Below are positions 63,401 through 64,000 of a stretch of 64,000 bases of DNA, piece by piece (within the stretch, counting starts at the first letter, position 1; each line of letters opens with the position of its first letter). The translations under genes were made by a program, and so were the position numbers. The stretch lies in NCBI GenBank assembly GCA_950097015.1, contig CATNEN010000011.1, positions 2,418,001 to 2,482,000 of the forward strand, given 5' to 3'. Below the pieces are notes generated by a model. It was not told the DNA's origin and did no database searches. It was given only the letters and a program-made list of their open reading frames with translations. The DNA comes from Macrostomum hystrix. Lineage: Eukaryota > Animalia > Platyhelminthes.

Positions 63401-63850
63401 TAGCGATACGATACTTCATGATTCTTCTAGCTATACGATACTTCATGATTCTGCTAGCTATACGATACTTCATGATTCTTCTAGCTATACGATACTTCAT
63501 GATTCTTCTAGCTATACGATACTTCATGATTCTGCTAGCTATACGATACTTCATGATTCTTCTAGCGATACGATACTTCATGATTCTGCTAGCGATACGA
63601 TACTTCATGATTCTTCTAGCGATACAATACTTCATGATACTTCTAGCGATACGATACTTCATGATTCTTCTAGCGATACGATACTTCATGATTCTTCTAG
63701 CGATACGATATACTTCATGATTGTTCTAGCGATACGATACTTCATGATTCTTCTAGCTATACGATACTTCATGATTCTTCTAGCTATACGATACTTCATG
63801 ATTCTTCTAGCGATACGATACTTCATGATACTTAATGATTCTACTGGCGA
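60420..63850. repeat. Minisatellite, 27-bp ATGATTCTTCTAGCGATACGATACTTC (innexin B intron)
   Basis: About 127 copies, explaining the 769/745/352-aa ORFs. Confidence 0.99.
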
Positions 63851-64000
63851 TGCGATGCTTCAGGATACGAGTATTCTCGTACTTCTAGCTATACAATACG
63901 ATACTTTAAGTAATACTAATTTATGATATTTCTTGTGGCCATTCTGTTAAAAAATCAGTAGACACTCAGAGACAGCTGACATGTAACTAAGCCAACTCAC

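Noticed and set aside
15052-63850. CRISPR-like appearance of regularly spaced repeats
   Set aside because: There are no unique spacers and no cas genes, and the context is eukaryotic and spliced.
60356-63926. 769/745/352-aa ORFs (MILLAIRYF / MKYRIARRI)
   Set aside because: They are products of the 27-bp intronic array.

Overview
This is eukaryotic (animal) genomic DNA. The expanded innexins, GC-rich exons and minisatellite-stuffed introns suggest a free-living flatworm such as Macrostomum; that is an inference, not proof. About half of the window (~33 kb by my count) is tandem repeat, in about 25 separate arrays with 14-60 bp units. Genes I can reconstruct by hand: (1) a minus-strand GPI-anchored protein with two Ly6/three-finger-like Cys domains and an Ala/Thr stalk; (2) a plus-strand GPI-anchored EGF/D8C/VWD-like surface protein whose ~1100-codon frame is broken by one in-frame TGA; (3) a tentative minus-strand low-complexity gene with an RFX X-box upstream; (4) a complete 19-exon P5B-type ATPase (ATP13A3-like, 1228 aa) in which almost every large intron holds its own minisatellite; (5) two convergent innexins. 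Mobile DNA includes two tRNA-derived SINE families, Gypsy and LINE remnants, an internally deleted mariner nested in a long-TIR element, a foldback hairpin and a TIR MITE. The most interesting leads are the single-stop surface gene (possible readthrough giving secreted vs GPI forms), an HDV-ribozyme-like core in one SINE family, the one-satellite-per-intron architecture, and a splice donor overlapping the ATP13A stop codon. Most long ORFs in the supplied track are artefacts of tandem repeats. All gene models come from manual splice-site and frame reasoning, without expression data or database searches. Repeat boundaries are approximate.
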